From a virus: 64,000 nucleotides of DNA. Position 1 is the stretch's first letter, and every line of letters starts with the position of its first letter. The notes below the pieces were generated by a model. That model had not been told where the DNA came from and did not search any database. It saw nothing but the letters and a program-made list of their open reading frames with translations. The stretch covers positions 1 to 64,000 of the IMG/VR virus record IMGVR_UViG_3300045391_006990; one strand, 5' to 3'. The translations under genes were made by a program, and so were the position numbers. This document shows, piece by piece, positions 62,749 to 64,000 of the stretch.

Positions 62749-62761
62749 ATCGGGGATAAGA
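62749..62761 (+). promoter_or_regulatory. Promoter-like motif ATCGGGGATAAGA
   Basis: 16 nt before the ATG at 62778, at a divergent junction. Confidence 0.7.
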
Positions 62762-62777
62762 TAGGTAGAGGTGGAAC

Positions 62778-63215
62778 ATGAAATTCCAAGAGTTTGTCGG
62801 TGCTGCGGAGGTTCATCTACGAATGGCCGGGTGGTTGATGCACGGGCACAATGGGGTGTGGCGCAAGTACAAGAAAGCAGGTGTTTCAGACGTACAACCG
62901 CTACCTGCCGCGCTCATCAAGGAACTCGAGACCGACGGCGCTTTTGAGCCGACGGTCGAGGCTTACTTGACGAACAACGGCTGGCGACGGAGCAGTAGTG
63001 GAGTATCAGGCGGGTGGCCTATGTTCAGCAAGAATGGGAAGTTCCGAAACTTGCCCATCGCAATGCTTCAACAGCTACGCGATGACCGCATAGACCGGGC
63101 TGCGGTCGTCCCTCCTACAACGCCCAGCGAGATGAAGAACCTTCTCGATGTGCGTGCTGTGCGAAATAGCCCGCCTCCAAGTGGGACCGCTGACACCGCG
63201 ATCTCGCGGAGGTAG
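62778..63215 (+). CDS. Hypothetical protein with an internal duplication
   Basis: 'AEVHLRMAGW...LPAALIKEL' and 'VEAYLTNNGW...LPIAMLQQL'. Confidence 0.6.
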   Translation: MKFQEFVGAAEVHLRMAGWLMHGHNGVWRKYKKAGVSDVQPLPAALIKELETDGAFEPTVEAYLTNNGWRRSSSGVSGGWPMFSKNGKFRNLPIAMLQQLRDDRIDRAAVVPPTTPSEMKNLLDVRAVRNSPPPSGTADTAISRR

Positions 63216-63218
63216 CGG

Positions 63219-63254
63219 TAGAGAAAAGGCCCGTCAGGACCTTTTCTCTAGCCC
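63219..63254 (+). terminator. Terminator hairpin closed by TAGCCC
   Basis: TAGAGAAAAGG-cccgtcagga-CCTTTTCTCTA-GCCCCC. Confidence 0.7.
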
Positions 63255-63271
63255 CCAGAGCAAGAGCTTTC

Positions 63272-63616
63272 TCACCAAGAGTGCCGTGCACAGCGTACAC
63301 AATACGAACTTGGCGATGGTGAAAGCTGCCAACGTGATCTCTTCCATGTCGAGCTGCCAGCGTAGCCCATCACTAGCAACTCGCTAGCCGACAGCTTCAA
63401 CACCTTCCTGAATTCGAACATCCAGACGGTCCACCGATTCTGCAGCTGATCGTTGAACGGCGAGGCATCCATGTGCCTCCAGATGAAGTACCAGCGTCGA
63501 ACCCACCAATGTGCACCACAGAGGCAAGAGCGCACAGCGATACCCTGCCACCAATCACTGAAGGCGACTGCTATGACGCTGCTGAGCAACAGAGTCAACG
63601 CAACTACAAGCAGCAT
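63272..63616 (-). CDS. Hypothetical membrane protein
   Basis: GGAGG RBS; hydrophobic N-terminus. Confidence 0.4.
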   Translation of the reverse strand: MLLVVALTLLLSSVIAVAFSDWWQGIAVRSCLCGAHWWVRRWYFIWRHMDASPFNDQLQNRWTVWMFEFRKVLKLSASELLVMGYAGSSTWKRSRWQLSPSPSSYCVRCARHSW

Positions 63617-64000
63617 CAGTACCTCCCTAGTTCATCCATCTGCGTTTGAAAGCGCTGGGCACGCCCGCCGTAGTACATAAGAAAAACTCGGAAGAGACGG
63701 CGCTCCCTCGCAAAGTTGAACCGAGGGATGATGGCAGGCAGGCTGATGATGATCACGGCGTTGTATCCTCCAACAACTCGACGGGAATCCAATCGGTGCC
63801 ATTGTCCTTCAACTGCACTTTGCTCTCGTTGGAGGCAGCGACAGCCGCTACTACGAAGTCCTTCTCTGTATTGTAACCGAGCTCGCGTGCCTCTTCCCTG
63901 AAGCGCACCTTCTGCCCCGTGTACAACAAAGACATGCCGGGCAGCAACGTAGGTAGGCCAACAACTGGTTTGCTACCTTCCGTAGGAGTTAGGGTCAGCT

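Noticed and set aside
1-64000. Stop-codon reassignment
   Set aside because: Conserved genes are full length in the standard code, and TAG, TGA and TAA all end genes at expected boundaries.

Overview
This is a 64-kb slice of a high-GC tailed dsDNA bacteriophage genome, probably a contractile-tailed (baseplate J/gp25-type) phage. A Myxococcota-like host is suggested, but not shown, by an FGE/SUMF1 protein, a sce7726-family protein, a PKD domain, a lipoprotein metallopeptidase and a receiver domain. Layout: (1) 1-11.6 kb, + strand replication/recombination operon (DnaB, DnaG, Zn-ribbon SSB-like protein, family A DNA polymerase, HU, RecA, two resolvases, Cas4-like nuclease, UvsY-like protein). 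(2) 11.6-43 kb, - strand virion and lysis region (fibres, four tandem paralogues, glycosyltransferase, baseplate proteins, holin/spanin-like genes, two muralytic enzymes). (3) 43-51 kb, - strand nucleotide-metabolism and accessory genes (dcd, MazG-like, HAD nucleotidase, HerA-like ATPase, HNH, cupin). (4) 51-64 kb, mixed-strand small genes with Pth2, a macrodomain, tRNA-Phe, a D-armless tRNA-like element, an orphan response regulator and a beta-helix protein. No capsid, terminase, integrase or CRISPR array was recognised. The best unexplained signals are: a candidate programmed -1 frameshift (G GGA AAC, 11125) in a non-tail gene; an attenuator-like leader ahead of atypical tRNA and tRNA-like RNAs near Pth2; a recurrent TAGCCC motif closing terminator hairpins; three 16-bp palindromes at exact 24-bp spacing before the SSB-like gene; a TCGGGGATAAGA promoter-like motif; and a Z-DNA/homopurine origin-like tract. 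All protein calls come from motif recognition by eye; no database searches were run.
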